This document shows, piece by piece, positions 1 through 11,552 of a DNA stretch of 64,000 nucleotides. The stretch comes from Rhynchobatus australiae (lineage: Eukaryota). Location of the stretch: contig JAUZTB010000107.1 of assembly GCA_034780895.1 (NCBI GenBank), positions 71,082,470 to 71,146,469 of the forward strand, given 5' to 3'. Made by a program: the position numbers and the translations under genes. The notes beneath the pieces were generated by a model that was not told the origin of the DNA, searched no databases, and saw only the letters and a list, made by a program, of their open reading frames with translations. How positions within the stretch are numbered: position 1 is the first letter of the stretch; each line of letters begins with the position of its first letter.

Positions 1-1341
1 GGTGTTTCAGTATAATTAGGCGCTGCAGGTTAATTAACTGTAGATGGCCACTTTCCTGAATGTGAGCACCTGAAAATCTTTTCTTTCTGACCTTAAATGA
101 TTCAATTCTGCACATCACTCAAATTTTTCAATTTTCCATTCTATGTTCAAATTTTCCATTCATATCATCCACATTAATAATTTTTATTTCAGTTATTTCC
201 CTTTAATATGTGTATATTGTGCAATTCCCTATAATTGAATTTCTTCTTTGCACCCAAAAAATCAAAATATTTTTTGAGTGTATCAAAGTTCAGAATCTGG
301 GTCTTTAAAATGAACATAATCTACTCAGTAACTGTTTTCAATAGCAAAACTACTTGGATAACCAAGAAGTACTTGGATAACACCAGATTTTCTAAAAATA
401 GAAGACACAAAGGCCATCTTCAGCTTTTACTATTGAAGACCCACAGATAAACATTTTAAAAATTTGGATCTTTGCTTGCTCGACCAATTGTATCAATGGA
501 TTCAGATAGCCAGGCAGATGACAACTTACTGATTACATAAAGAGGTTGAGTTCAATCACAGTGAACACTTGGTTTAATTTGAATTATTGAATTCAAATCT
601 GAAGAGTATTTTCCATTCATCAGGTTACGGCTCTGCTCTTACATTAACTGTGCATTTCACAACGAGGGAAATCCCTTTTGGGGCACATACTCAAGTACAG
701 CCCATNNNNNNNNNNCTTGGTGTTCAACATCGATTCTGGCTTCTTGACAATATAAATTATTAGCAATGTGATTAAAACATTTTAATCACAGGGCACGCAA
801 ATACAGTACATTATTTCCTCTAATATATTGTCTCAAGGACCATGGAGACTCATTAACAACCAATATGCTTTGAGGCAAGTTTCAATGTAGACAAGACCCA
901 AACATCCAGTCCTTGATTCTGTTTCAAGTTGTTTAATCTGTTTAACACTTACATAATTGCTGAGCACAATTAATTTCTCTTTTGTGGAAATGGATGGGGA
1001 TTATTTACATTACATATGTATGCAAGCATATCTTTTATTCATTTGAATCATACCAAGGGGAATAAACAAAATAGGAAAACATCATTATGTATTAGAGTAT
1101 TGAGAAAAATATGTTCATTTTTGACTGAGCGGCAGCTGACCAATTTAGTTAATTCTTTAAATTCTTCCTACATTAGCAAACCCAAAGCAGTTCAGAAATT
1201 GAATTACAAGTCATTTTAAATATATTCCACTGACTGTAAGTTTCTAAACTACGATTTCAAAGAACAACACAGAAAGAGGCCATTGGACCCATCATGCATG
1301 TGCCTGCCTTTAAATGGACTATTCAATTAATACCACTGTCT

Positions 1342-1563
1342 AGAGAAACAAAGGACTGCAGATGCTGGAATCTAGATGAGAAAACAACAAGGTGCTGGAG
1401 GAACTCAGCAGGTCAGGCAGCATCCGTGGAGAAACAAAGAGAGTCAATGTTTCAGGTCAGGACACGTGAAGAAGGGTCCTGACACAAAATGTTGACCCTC
1501 TGTTTTTCTCCACAGTTGCTGCCTGTCCTGCTGAATTCCTCCAGCATCTTGTTGTTTTTTTAC
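1342..1563. mobile_element. Palindromic Penelope-like non-autonomous element with 11-bp TSD
   Basis: ~85-bp inverted arms (…tgctggaggaactcagcaggtcaggcagc… / …gctgcctgtcctgctgaattcctccagca…); TACCACTGTCT duplicated at 1331-1341 and 1564-1574. Confidence 0.7.
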
Positions 1564-1599
1564 TACCACTGTCTGATATTTTGAACACCCCACCACAGC

Positions 1600-1900
1600 T
1601 TTTTACCTTTTTGATATTTATCCAAATAGCTATGAACGAATCTGCTTCCTTTCAGGCTATAAGCTTGCTGATGTCACCACCTGGGTTTCTTTTCAAATCA
1701 AATCAGCGTCTTTTAGTTACTGCCACTTTTGTTACAGGAAACTGTTGATCCTTGTTTACCCTATCAAAACCACTCATTATTTTGAGTATTATTTTGAACA
1801 TGTCAAAAGCTCTCTTAACAATTTTAGCATCAAGTAAAACAACCCCAATCTCTCCAGTGCCTCCAAATAACTAAAGTTTCTCATTCCTGGTACTATTGCA
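1600..1900 (-). mobile_element. Degraded CR1 LINE ORF2 3' fragment (resumes at ~2396-2470 after nested insertions)
   Basis: Peptide VPGMRNFSYLEALERLGLF is typical of the CR1 RT C-terminus. Confidence 0.7.
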
Positions 1901-1902
1901 TT

Positions 1903-2052
1903 AAAAGAAAAAGGAAAATGCTGGAAATAGTCTGAAACTGCAATATTAACTTTGTTTCTTTTGTCACAGATGCTGGCTGACTTGTTGAGTGTTTTCAGCA
2001 TTTTGTTTTACTTCAGATTTCCAGCATCTGCAGTGCTTTGCTTTCAGATTTC
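1903..2052. mobile_element. Palindromic Penelope-like element nested in CR1
   Basis: aaatgctggaaata…/…tgagtgttttcagcatttt…ccagcatctgcag arms; imperfect flanking duplication attgcatta/attccatta. Confidence 0.6.
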
Positions 2053-2069
2053 CATTCCATTAGCTCTTA

Positions 2070-2393
2070 AGAATCATCGAGAGATACATGAAACAGGCCT
2101 TGGGACCACTGAGACCACGCAGCCATTTACACAAATATTACGTTAATCCCATTTTTTATTCTACCTGCATTATTGTCATCTCCCCCAGTTTCTAAATTCA
2201 ATTGCAAAGTGGGTGCACTTTACACATTACAATTAACCTACCAACTGCCACATCTTTGGAATGTTGGAGGAAACTCACAGGCTAAGAGGGAGAACATGCA
2301 AACTCCACACAGACATCATCCGAGGTCAGGTTTGAACCCAGATATCTACTGATGTGAGGCAGTAGCTCTACTAGCTGCACCACTGTGCCACCC
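2070..2393 (-). mobile_element. tRNA-derived V-SINE (HE1-like)
   Basis: Reverse complement gggtggcacagtggtgcagc…gggttcaaacc (A/B boxes), V-domain tgtgtggagtttgcatgttctcc, CR1-like tail. Confidence 0.8.
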
Positions 2394-5308
2394 TCGCTCT
2401 TCTTCAACCTTTCCATTGTCTTAACATCCTTCCTAAGGTATGGTGCCCAAAATTAAACACACAACTCCATCTCTCAATTTTCTCAAGTTGTAATAATTGA
2501 TAGGAAATTGTTCAAATTAATTAATTGATCAGAAACATACAAATTTGATAGAAGTTCAATGAACTCTGCCAGGTCACTGGCTGTTAATTTAAATTGTTGC
2601 ACTGTACAATACAAACAAGAAGATGTCTTCTGTCTGTACAGATAACAGTCAGGTTCTAACCAACTTCTGTATACTGTTGTTGAGGCTCTTCTTCAACTCG
2701 ATAAAAAGCACATTAGTGTGAAGCTACATGGAGCACACATTGGTAGCTCAAGACCTACCAGTAGCCATGCACGGGACCAATGACTTCAATGACTATAAAA
2801 TAGAACCAGCCTTATGCAGGTAAACATGCACAAATGCCATTGCAGAGTTTGCAGTGGAAGTCAGATAGGCAATGGATCAAGATGGGAAGGTGGTCCAAAA
2901 AGTGTTAGGCGGAATTGGATTAGCCCTGGTGTCAGTGATATTGTCAGGAGCTGCAGCAGAGAATGGGTGTTTCTAGGATGTAGGGGCATCATCCCTAGAA
3001 GGGGGTCGGACAGGCTTTCAAGTGGTGGGGCTGATCCATCAGACGCATGATCAGGGCAGGGTCAAGTGGACAGTTCACATATACACTTGAGCTAGAGTCT
3101 AATGATTGAGACCACAAAAGTTAACATCAATCGGGTGGGGAGGGGGTTGCAGGGGGATGGGGGAAAGCAAGGTGGGTGAGAGAATAAAAAAAACAAAATA
3201 TGGAGAAAACCTATCTGACGGTACCTCATAAACAGGCTCCCTGGCAAAAAAACAGATAAGCCTGCCCCCGTTCAAGTAATGCCAAAGCAGACAGCTCTTT
3301 ATTTAAGGCCTAATTCAATGTGAATGGCCTCGTGTGGAAATGAATGTGGCACAAGTGGCATAAAGAAGTAGATTGCATTGCCATTTTGTTATTATGTTTT
3401 TCCTGACTTCCTCTCTACGGATATGTTTTATACTTGTCAGAGAACATTGTATGAATTTCCAGAAATGTGCACAATACCTAACCTGCTCACAATCAAAGTT
3501 TTAGATAGATTTCATTCATGTGGTCACAACCACACCTCGAGTATGGTGTACATTTCTTTCTCTTCAGCATGTATAACCAGCCACTTGAAGGCAAATATAA
3601 CAAATGGATACATACTTTAAAGCATCTGAACTACAAGGACTGCTTATCATTGGCTATAGAAGACTTAGGAAGACAACCTAACATTTAATTTCTTTTGGGA
3701 TTAAGAAATAGGGTAAGTTTCAACTTCTGAAGGGGAAGAAAACTTGGAAGTATATTGTCCAATCAGTAAACACCCTGTCTGTTTCTACTTTCCATTAAAG
3801 TCAATGGGAAATAGCACTGTTGGGAGTAAAACAGTGGCTCACCTGCATTAGAGTAGAAGGTTCCTTCACATGACAGTAGGTTCCTGATTTTTTACAATTT
3901 CCCTATCTCGCTGCAACTGAAAATAATCCCTAGATATATTTGAAATTGCCTCAATCCCTAAAATCAAAGACAGACTTGGAGACATTAGAGAACTAGAAGG
4001 ATTTGGAGGCAATAAGTTCAGATGGTACTCACCTGAAGAGCAGAACCTTCAAAGGAGCTGTGGAGGTTGATAATAAGGAAATATTTAACAGGGTATTTGA
4101 GGAAAAGAGTAAGTAATATTGTACATTTTCAGGACCAGTCAGATGAACTTCACAATCTTCTCCTATTCTATACTTCTCATTATTCTATTAGTATTGCAGC
4201 ATTCATTTATTTAGCATGAATTCCTATTTGCTAAGAAGAATTGGCCTTAAACCAATTTTCATTTTAATGAACCTCCCTTTGATCTTGCAACAGTTACGAA
4301 AATAAGTCCAAGTTTGAACTATTTCTAACTAGATTTGTACTTGTTCTCTCAGCAATTTTTGTTTTTGGTTCTGGAGTTTATAGTGTTTTGGTGTTGCATT
4401 ACAGTAGGAGGTTCCTTCTTATCATTGGCAAATTCCTATCCATAATTTGAGAAGCAATTTATCTGTTGTGTAATAAAAATGCACAATTTTAAGAAATGAA
4501 TAAAGTTTTATTTTATTGAGGTAATATTCACTGGAATTTGACAATAATTACAAAAGCTCTTTTTACTACCCTGTGCTCTTTATTGGATTTTGCTGATTGT
4601 ATAATTTGGCGAATTACTTGAGAAAATATTCATTTATTAAATTGACACCTCTGGTTATAATAAAGATTACATATATGAATGTTAACAGTTTCCTCACATT
4701 CTCAAATTCAGTTCCTCTAAATCAGCTCTGCTGATGATATAAAAAATCATAACAATCAATGAAAATTCAAATATAAACATGCTACATTCAACAATTGGGT
4801 AATGAAAATCCATAACATGGTATATGCTCCTTAGGTGTACTTAGTTTTGTTTGTGGAACATAGCAATATGCGACTGAAATGAGGACATCCAAGCTGATTC
4901 CTTTTCCTTTTAATGATTACAGTATCAATGATGTACCAGACGTGCAGGCATTATTCTGCTGTCAGATCTTTCTAACGTATTCTCTCCATAATGAGACATA
5001 ATGTCCAATAAGAAATACAACATGCTTGGATGATAAATGCCCCAGTCAGAAAAATAATAGAATTTCTTTACTTGGAGTTGATCTGAGGCTATGAATTAAA
5101 ACACATCATAAGTTCTGACCAGTGACACTAGAACTTTTTTAAAGCTACACCAAAAATATAGATCACTGCACATCATACCAACAGAATACAAAAAAACTTA
5201 CTGAGCCAATTATGTTATGCATTCTCAGACATGTACACACTACAACACAAACTGATGTACATTTATGCAACAGTTAGAAATAGCAGCCAGCAACTAACAT
5301 TCTAAGGT

Positions 5309-5888
5309 CTTGTTAGTGTTCTTTTTAGTATCTTTTCTTATATCTGAACTGATCCCAAGTTGCTGCTGACACTTCATATTTCTCATGTTTATGTTTATAA
5401 TGAGTGCCAGCAGCAGCTAGGAATACCAGGCATCAATGAACACCCTATGTCCATTTCATGAGTGCAATACTTATCCTGTTCAGAAATAAATAATTATCAT
5501 TATAACCTTGGAAGCATACTTTGACAACTTTTATTGGTGCTCTTGTTTCAAGTGCAATATTACCATTACATAACTCACAGTAGTTTAACCTCTGCATTTT
5601 CCCGTATAAATCTGCAAATTAGAGTGAACACATTGCTCCTAATCATAATTTTACTGAATGGTCTAGCTATAGCCAAATGTTAAATTTAAATATGGCTGTA
5701 ATTTCTACTCAGTGTAATAAAATAAACCAAGGCTCGTTAAACATTGGAAAATTCCAATGGAAATTTATCCACTTCATGAGCTAAAACTGAGTATTATTAA
5801 CAATGAACATTATAAATGTGAAATGCCAGCAGCAGCTTGGGATCAGTTCAAATGTAAGAAAAGATACAATCAAAAGAACACTAAGAAG
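5309..5888. mobile_element. MITE-like element bounded by ~75-bp imperfect terminal inverted repeats
   Basis: 5309-5381 aligns to the reverse complement of 5814-5888 (core tgaactgatcccaag(t/c)tgctgctg). Confidence 0.65.
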
Positions 5889-6769
5889 CCCATTTATGTA
5901 TCCATGACATTCTTCCTTGGTGAGGTTTGATGTAGCCTATGCTGCTTTTGTCTGGAAAGAGCCCTGCCTCGGAGTAATGAAACTGGGAGAAAGTAGGAAA
6001 GACAGCAATTAGCAAAGGGATCAAGAACAGGAAAGCAATAACTCTCTATGGGATTACAAATTCTTCACTATAGGAACAAATGAAAAAGGGAGGGAAGCCA
6101 TAAGTACCACCACTGGATATGCCATGAAGTTTAATTAAACAAGGAATTAGGGAATTAAAAGCAGTTCTTTCTACTCTGACCTTTACTGCGACTTCAGGAA
6201 ATATTTGGCTTTGTTAAGGCAGTGATATATGAACACTTCAACCAATTTCATAGGGAACTGAACACAGCATGACATTCTGGTACATGACATTTTAGTGAGA
6301 TTTCTTTCACTTTACACCAGTTGTGTAGTTGTTGATATAGGGCTGAAAATACATAAGCAGTGGTGCTTGAAGTATAAATATATGTGTTAGCTCCTATTTT
6401 GTATGGTTGGAGATAAATGTCCTGCACCAGAGTATTTTTATCTGATGACAAAAAAATATTTCTCTGACATAAATTATTGCTTCTACAAATAATAATATGG
6501 CTGAAAGTATTTCAAATGAAAAATGTTTAATTATTACTCCAGAGCATTTGATAACAGAATTTCTTTTAAAATCTGCATTCTATTTGATAAACCTTTCTAA
6601 CTATTAAAGAAGGATTAAATAAAATACAAATTACACTCACTGGTTGTTCCACATTATCACTTTGTTACATCTCAAAATATATTATTCTGCAGTGCAAAAC
6701 AATAGTGATGAGGGACAATTACTTATCTTACGATTACATTGGGGCAATTATTTGTATTATGTTAATCAA

Positions 6770-7350
6770 AGAAAAACTGCTGATGCTGCAGATCTGAAAT
6801 ACAAACAGGAAATGTTGTAAACAATTAGCAGGTCAGGCAGCATAAAGGTTAGGAAAGAGAGAGTTAAGGTTTAAGGTCAAAGATCCCTCATCAGAACTGA
6901 GAAAAAAAAGGAAAAAAGAGCAAATATAAGGTAGTTTTGGAGGGTCAAAAATCAAAACAAAAACTGCAAATGCTGGGAACATAAAATAAAACAGAAAATG
7001 CTAATAATTCTCAGCAGGTCAGGCCACAGCTGTGGGAAGAGAAATAGGGTTAACTGGGTTCTGACAAAGAGTCTTCAACCTGAAACTTTGGATCTGTTTC
7101 TCTTCCCGCAGATGCAGTATGACCTGCTGAGTATCTCCAGTATTTTCTGTGTTTACTTTAACTTTGGAAGGTCAGCTCGTTCTGCACTTCACATTTGAAA
7201 GAATACTAAGTTGATTTCTCTCATTCCCAATTCTGACAAAGAGTCCCAGACCTGAAGTGGTAGCTCTCTTTCTCTTTCCGCAGATACTCCATCATCTGCT
7301 GAGTGTTTCCAGCATTTTCTGCTTTTATTTCAGATTTCTGTCGGCTGCAG
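6770..7350. mobile_element. Nested cluster of palindromic Penelope-like units with degenerate hammerhead cores
   Basis: Outer arms ~6770-6900 and 7225-7350, inner unit ~6955-7160; ctganna-agagtc…gacctgaa motifs. Confidence 0.65.
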
Positions 7351-8179
7351 TTTTTTTTTGACTTTCACTCTTTTGTAAACTTTCATTTTATCCTCATGCC
7401 TCATCCTACAGGAATGCCAGTTCATCTTTTAACTACTTCTACTTACAAAAGTCAGAGACATTTAAAAATTATTCAAATTGATCTGAATTAATACAAAAGT
7501 AAAATTTATATAAAATATGAACTTAATTGGAAATGTTAAAATACAAACAAATAATTTAAAAATTAACATAAAACACCATTTTTTTTCCTACTGAGTCTCT
7601 GACCCCCCATTAAAATAAATAGGGTCACCAGTGGCACATCCGCTTTCCCTGACATAAAGCTGGGGGTCAGACACAAAGCCTTAGGTTTTGTGTGGAATCC
7701 TCTTTCTTAGGCAGTCCCTTGTGGTTGGGGATAATGTGTGCCCATTCAGTACCTCCCTTGAGTGATTCAGTGTTCCATGCCTGGGCTCGATGGTGAGTCC
7801 AGGAGCAGAGCAGAGACTTAAGTGCACTGGCAATTGACTCCAGTTCATTCAGGCTTCTGCCTTGTCACTGTTGAAAGAAAGCAAGAAGATGACCCTAGTC
7901 ATCTGCCCAAACACCTAACCTCCCACCCCACAGCCCTCAATTGCCTGTCCAATCATCTTTTGGCTGTCTGACCTACGGCCATTTTTAACCTGTGGTCCCC
8001 TCTGTCCCTGGCTCCACCTCCATGTGTAGTGCCAGAAATAGCAGAGAATGTATTCACTGGCACAAAGCTCATGGTGTATTGACATGGACTATCTGTAGTT
8101 GGCATCTCAAAACATTGCAAAGATACCACCAGCACTGTTTCTGCAAAATTCTCCAAATCTATTGATCGGGTAAATTGAA

Positions 8180-8330
8180 CAACAAAAGAAATACAAGCAA
8201 AAGTAGTCCATTTAGCCCCTTATGCCTGTTCCACCTTTCAAAATGACCATGGCTGATCTTTACCTCAATACCACTTTCCTATACAAATCCTAAAACGCTT
8301 GATCCCCTTAATATCTAAACCAATATCAAC
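8180..8330 (-). mobile_element. CR1 3' tail fragment
   Basis: gtagtccatttagccc…ccatggctgatct, a typical shark CR1 3' UTR. Confidence 0.55.
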
Positions 8331-8359
8331 ATCCCCTCCCAGATCAATATTGCCAGCAT

Positions 8360-9365
8360 TAAGATCACAAGATCACAAGATCACAAGACAAAGGAGCAGA
8401 AGTAGGCCATTCAGCCCATCGAGTCTGCTCTGCTACCTCACCATGAGCTAAACTATTCCCATCTAGCCCCATTCCCAGCCTTTTCCCCATATCCCTTGAT
8501 ACCTTGACTAGTTAGATACCTATCAATCTCCTCCTTGAACACCCCCAATGATCAAGCCTCCACAACTGTATGTGGCAACGAATTTGATAAATCCACAACC
8601 CTCTGGCTAAAGAAATTTCTTCTCATTTCTGTTCTAAATGGGTACCCTCTAATTCTAAGACTGNNNNNNNNNNNNNNNNNNNNNNNNNNNNNNNNNNNNN
8701 NNNNNNNNNNNNNNNNNNNNNNNNNNNNNNNNNNNNNNNNNNNNNNNNNNNNNNNNNNNNNNNNNNNNNNNNNNNNNNNNNNNNNNNNNNNNNNNNNNNN
8801 NNNNNNNNNNNNNNNNNNNNNNNNNNNNNNNNNNNNNNNNNNNNNNNNNNNNNNNNNNNNNNNNNNNNNNNNNNNNNNNNNNNNNNNNNNNNNNNNNNNN
8901 NNNNNNNNNNNNNNNNNNNNNNNNNNNNNNNNNNNNNNNNNNNNNNNNNNNNNNNNNNNNNNNNNNNNNNNNNNNNNNNNNNNNNNNNNNNNNNNNNNNN
9001 NNNNNNNNNNNNNNNNNNNNNNNNNNNNNNNNNNNNNNNNNNNNNNNNNNNNNNNNNNNNNNNNNNNNNNNNNNNNNNNNNNNNNNNNNNNNNNTTAGCC
9101 ACATCTACTCTGTCCAGTCCTTTCAACAGTTGAAATGACTCTATGAGGACCCTTCTCATTCTTCTGTACTCCAATGAGTACAGTCCAAGAGCCGACAATC
9201 GCTCATTGTATGTAATCCCTTTCATTCCGGGAATCATCCTCGTAGATCATCTCTGAACCCTCTCCAACATCAGTACATCCTTCCTAAGATAAGGGGCCCA
9301 AAACTGCACGCAGTATTCCAAATGAGGTCTCACCAGTGCCCCATGGAGCCTCATCAACACTTCCT
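8360..9365 (-). mobile_element. Young CR1 LINE 3' end spanning a gap, with (GATCACAA)3 tail
   Basis: ORF MIPGMKGITYNERLSALGLYSLEYRRMR…; 8-nt tandem tail characteristic of CR1. Confidence 0.88.
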
Positions 9366-9371
9366 TAATTA

Positions 9372-9820
9372 TTAAAGCCCTAACTACGCTCAGTCAACTC
9401 CAATGGGCAGGCCACATTATTCACATGCCCAACACCAGTCTCCCAAAGTTATTGCTCTATTCTGAGCTCTACTATGACATGGGATTACCAGACACATAGT
9501 GGAAATGATTCAAGGGTGTTCTGTGAAAAAGATGGAACATCCCCACCGATTAGTGTGAATTCATGGCCAATGAGCACTCAAAATGGAGGAGGATCATCCA
9601 GGAAAGCACTGACCTCCAGACCATTCATTGGGAGCATACAGAACTCCAGAGTATCCATCTCCCTAATTATCTGTCCACTGTCCCCAACTTGCACCTCTTG
9701 CCCCACCTGGGAAAGATACTGCAGGTTCCACTTTGGCCTCATCAGTGACCTCAGAATCCATAGAACTGGAGTGGAAATAAGTTGTCCTCAACCACAACGG
9801 ACTGCCCATGAAAGAGGATT
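9372..9820 (+). mobile_element. RTE-clade LINE 3' fragment
   Basis: Translates to QLQWAGHIIHMPNTSLPKLLLYSEL and a C2H2-like CPT…C…GLISDLRIH; 3' end ggactgcc…gaaaga. Confidence 0.75.
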
Positions 9821-11512
9821 CCACACAAAACCCAAGGCTTTGTGTTTCATATTATTTGTCTGTGGGTTGGCCTCATGTAAATCTTTAACTTAGGCTACTC
9901 CTAACAATGGGCCACATCACTGAATATAGCTGTACCTCAGACAATTTCCTACAGGTGATCAAGTTCAGCACAGTGGAACGAGTTGAACTGCAGAGTTGTG
10001 AGGTTGTGCCAGTATTGATCAATTGAATTTAGTTCATTGCCACAGATAAAATAAGTCATTGGCTAAACCCCTTTTCTGGCCCCTGATTCATCATAATGTT
10101 TTCTATGGCCATTCACATTACGTTTCCAGGAAGTTTCGACAGAAGTTCACAAAGAGAAGATAAATAACAAAATGTGCAGACATTGCACAATTCAAATGTT
10201 TTGACTGCACTCCCAGGTATTAAAGCAACAGAAACAATTTCCATATGAAGCAACATTTGGTTTACCGGTTACATTCCTGCCTCTCATTCAGAAGGTGAGG
10301 GTTTGGGAAGTTGCTCCAGATAGTCACAGCAAACTGAGTATTGGCTCTGAGTTCTGTGTTGACATCCAGTGGCATATTCATATCCAATTGGTCTGATTGT
10401 CTCTTCACCAGCCCTTTGGCCCAACCACCCTACGCTGTAGACTAGGATGGTTACAGCCATGGAAAAGGCACTCAATCAGGGTCTGTCAAGACTATTAATC
10501 ACCCTGTGAATCTTTCCACTACTCCCCACTATTGCCCAAGGGTGATAGATTTAAAAAAAGCAACATTGTCTGAACTTCCACAGCTGCTATGGCTTTCAGC
10601 ACAAACGTTTAAAAAAAAATAATCCTTGAAAGGCGCAATGAGTTTGGGGAAGAAGATGCTCACTGAAAGAAGATGTGTAATTTATAAGCATAAGAAAATT
10701 CCACTCATAGGTCTGATTTTTANNNNNNNNNNTGAATTAAATACTCCATTAACCTAGACAGCCACACCGTGGAGCTAAAAGTTGTTTCTGAGGAGATCCA
10801 TTAATCACATTCATTGTGCTACATAGATCCACTTTTCTTTGTCCTATTCCATTTGAGAGTGCTTATCAAAAACAAAATAAAAATTAAAAGATTTTGCTAG
10901 CCCATAATAAAGCTAATTCAGATAAATCCTTAAACAAAATTCCAACATGTACAAGGTAGTATAATCTTTCCAGCTGAAAGTACTGAAAAAAAGAATTGCA
11001 GTCTGCCAAAAGCCACCTGTTCTCTAAACTAAACCAAACTTCTCATTCTAAAGAATCAGAACTATCATTTTTACTTGCCTGAAAACTAGGCATGCTTTAG
11101 TAACTCTGATACCCCATCACTGGATCAGAGTTAATGACAAATGACACTTTCCTCTTTGTGGTTCTCAGGATTTTTGTTGACATATTTGGCTCCTTTTGTT
11201 GGGGCCTAAGAAGTGGCCTATGGCAGAAGCCTATTCTGCCAATTTCCACGCTCCATCTGTGGAATCCGTCATGGCTCCCTCAGCCCTTNNNNNNNNNNNN
11301 NNNNNNNNNNNNNNNNNNNNNNNNNNTAAGAGGAATGGAGTAGAACAGTTGAGGGCTGGAGAGGGAAACTCAGCAGGGGTTAATCCAGCTCCCTCTGTTT
11401 TAGGATCCCGTAGCACCTGGAGGTACTCATGTTATACAGCATTTCCATGTATTCGTTTTAACACAAAAAGTTGCTTTATCAGCAGTAAATGTTGGTTTAG
11501 TGTGTTGTTGCA

Positions 11513-11516
<4 letters not shown>

Positions 11517-11549
<33 letters not shown>
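11517..11549. repeat. (TA)n microsatellite
   Basis: Direct reading. Confidence 0.95.

Positions 11550-11552
<3 letters not shown>

Noticed and set aside
348-392. Direct repeat tacttggataac x2, and CRISPR-like arrays generally
   Set aside because: Only two units, probably a transposon relic; this is eukaryotic DNA with no repeat-spacer array.
2340-2393. tRNA gene
   Set aside because: The A/B-box sequence is the head of a V-SINE, not a cloverleaf.
6863-7261. Currently active hammerhead ribozyme
   Set aside because: Every individual copy has substitutions in CUGANGA or GAAA; only the family consensus fits.
11198-11410. Small MITE (ggggcctaag…ttaggatccc ends) or coding exon
   Set aside because: Terminal similarity is weak, the element is interrupted by a gap, and the translations have no recognisable homology.
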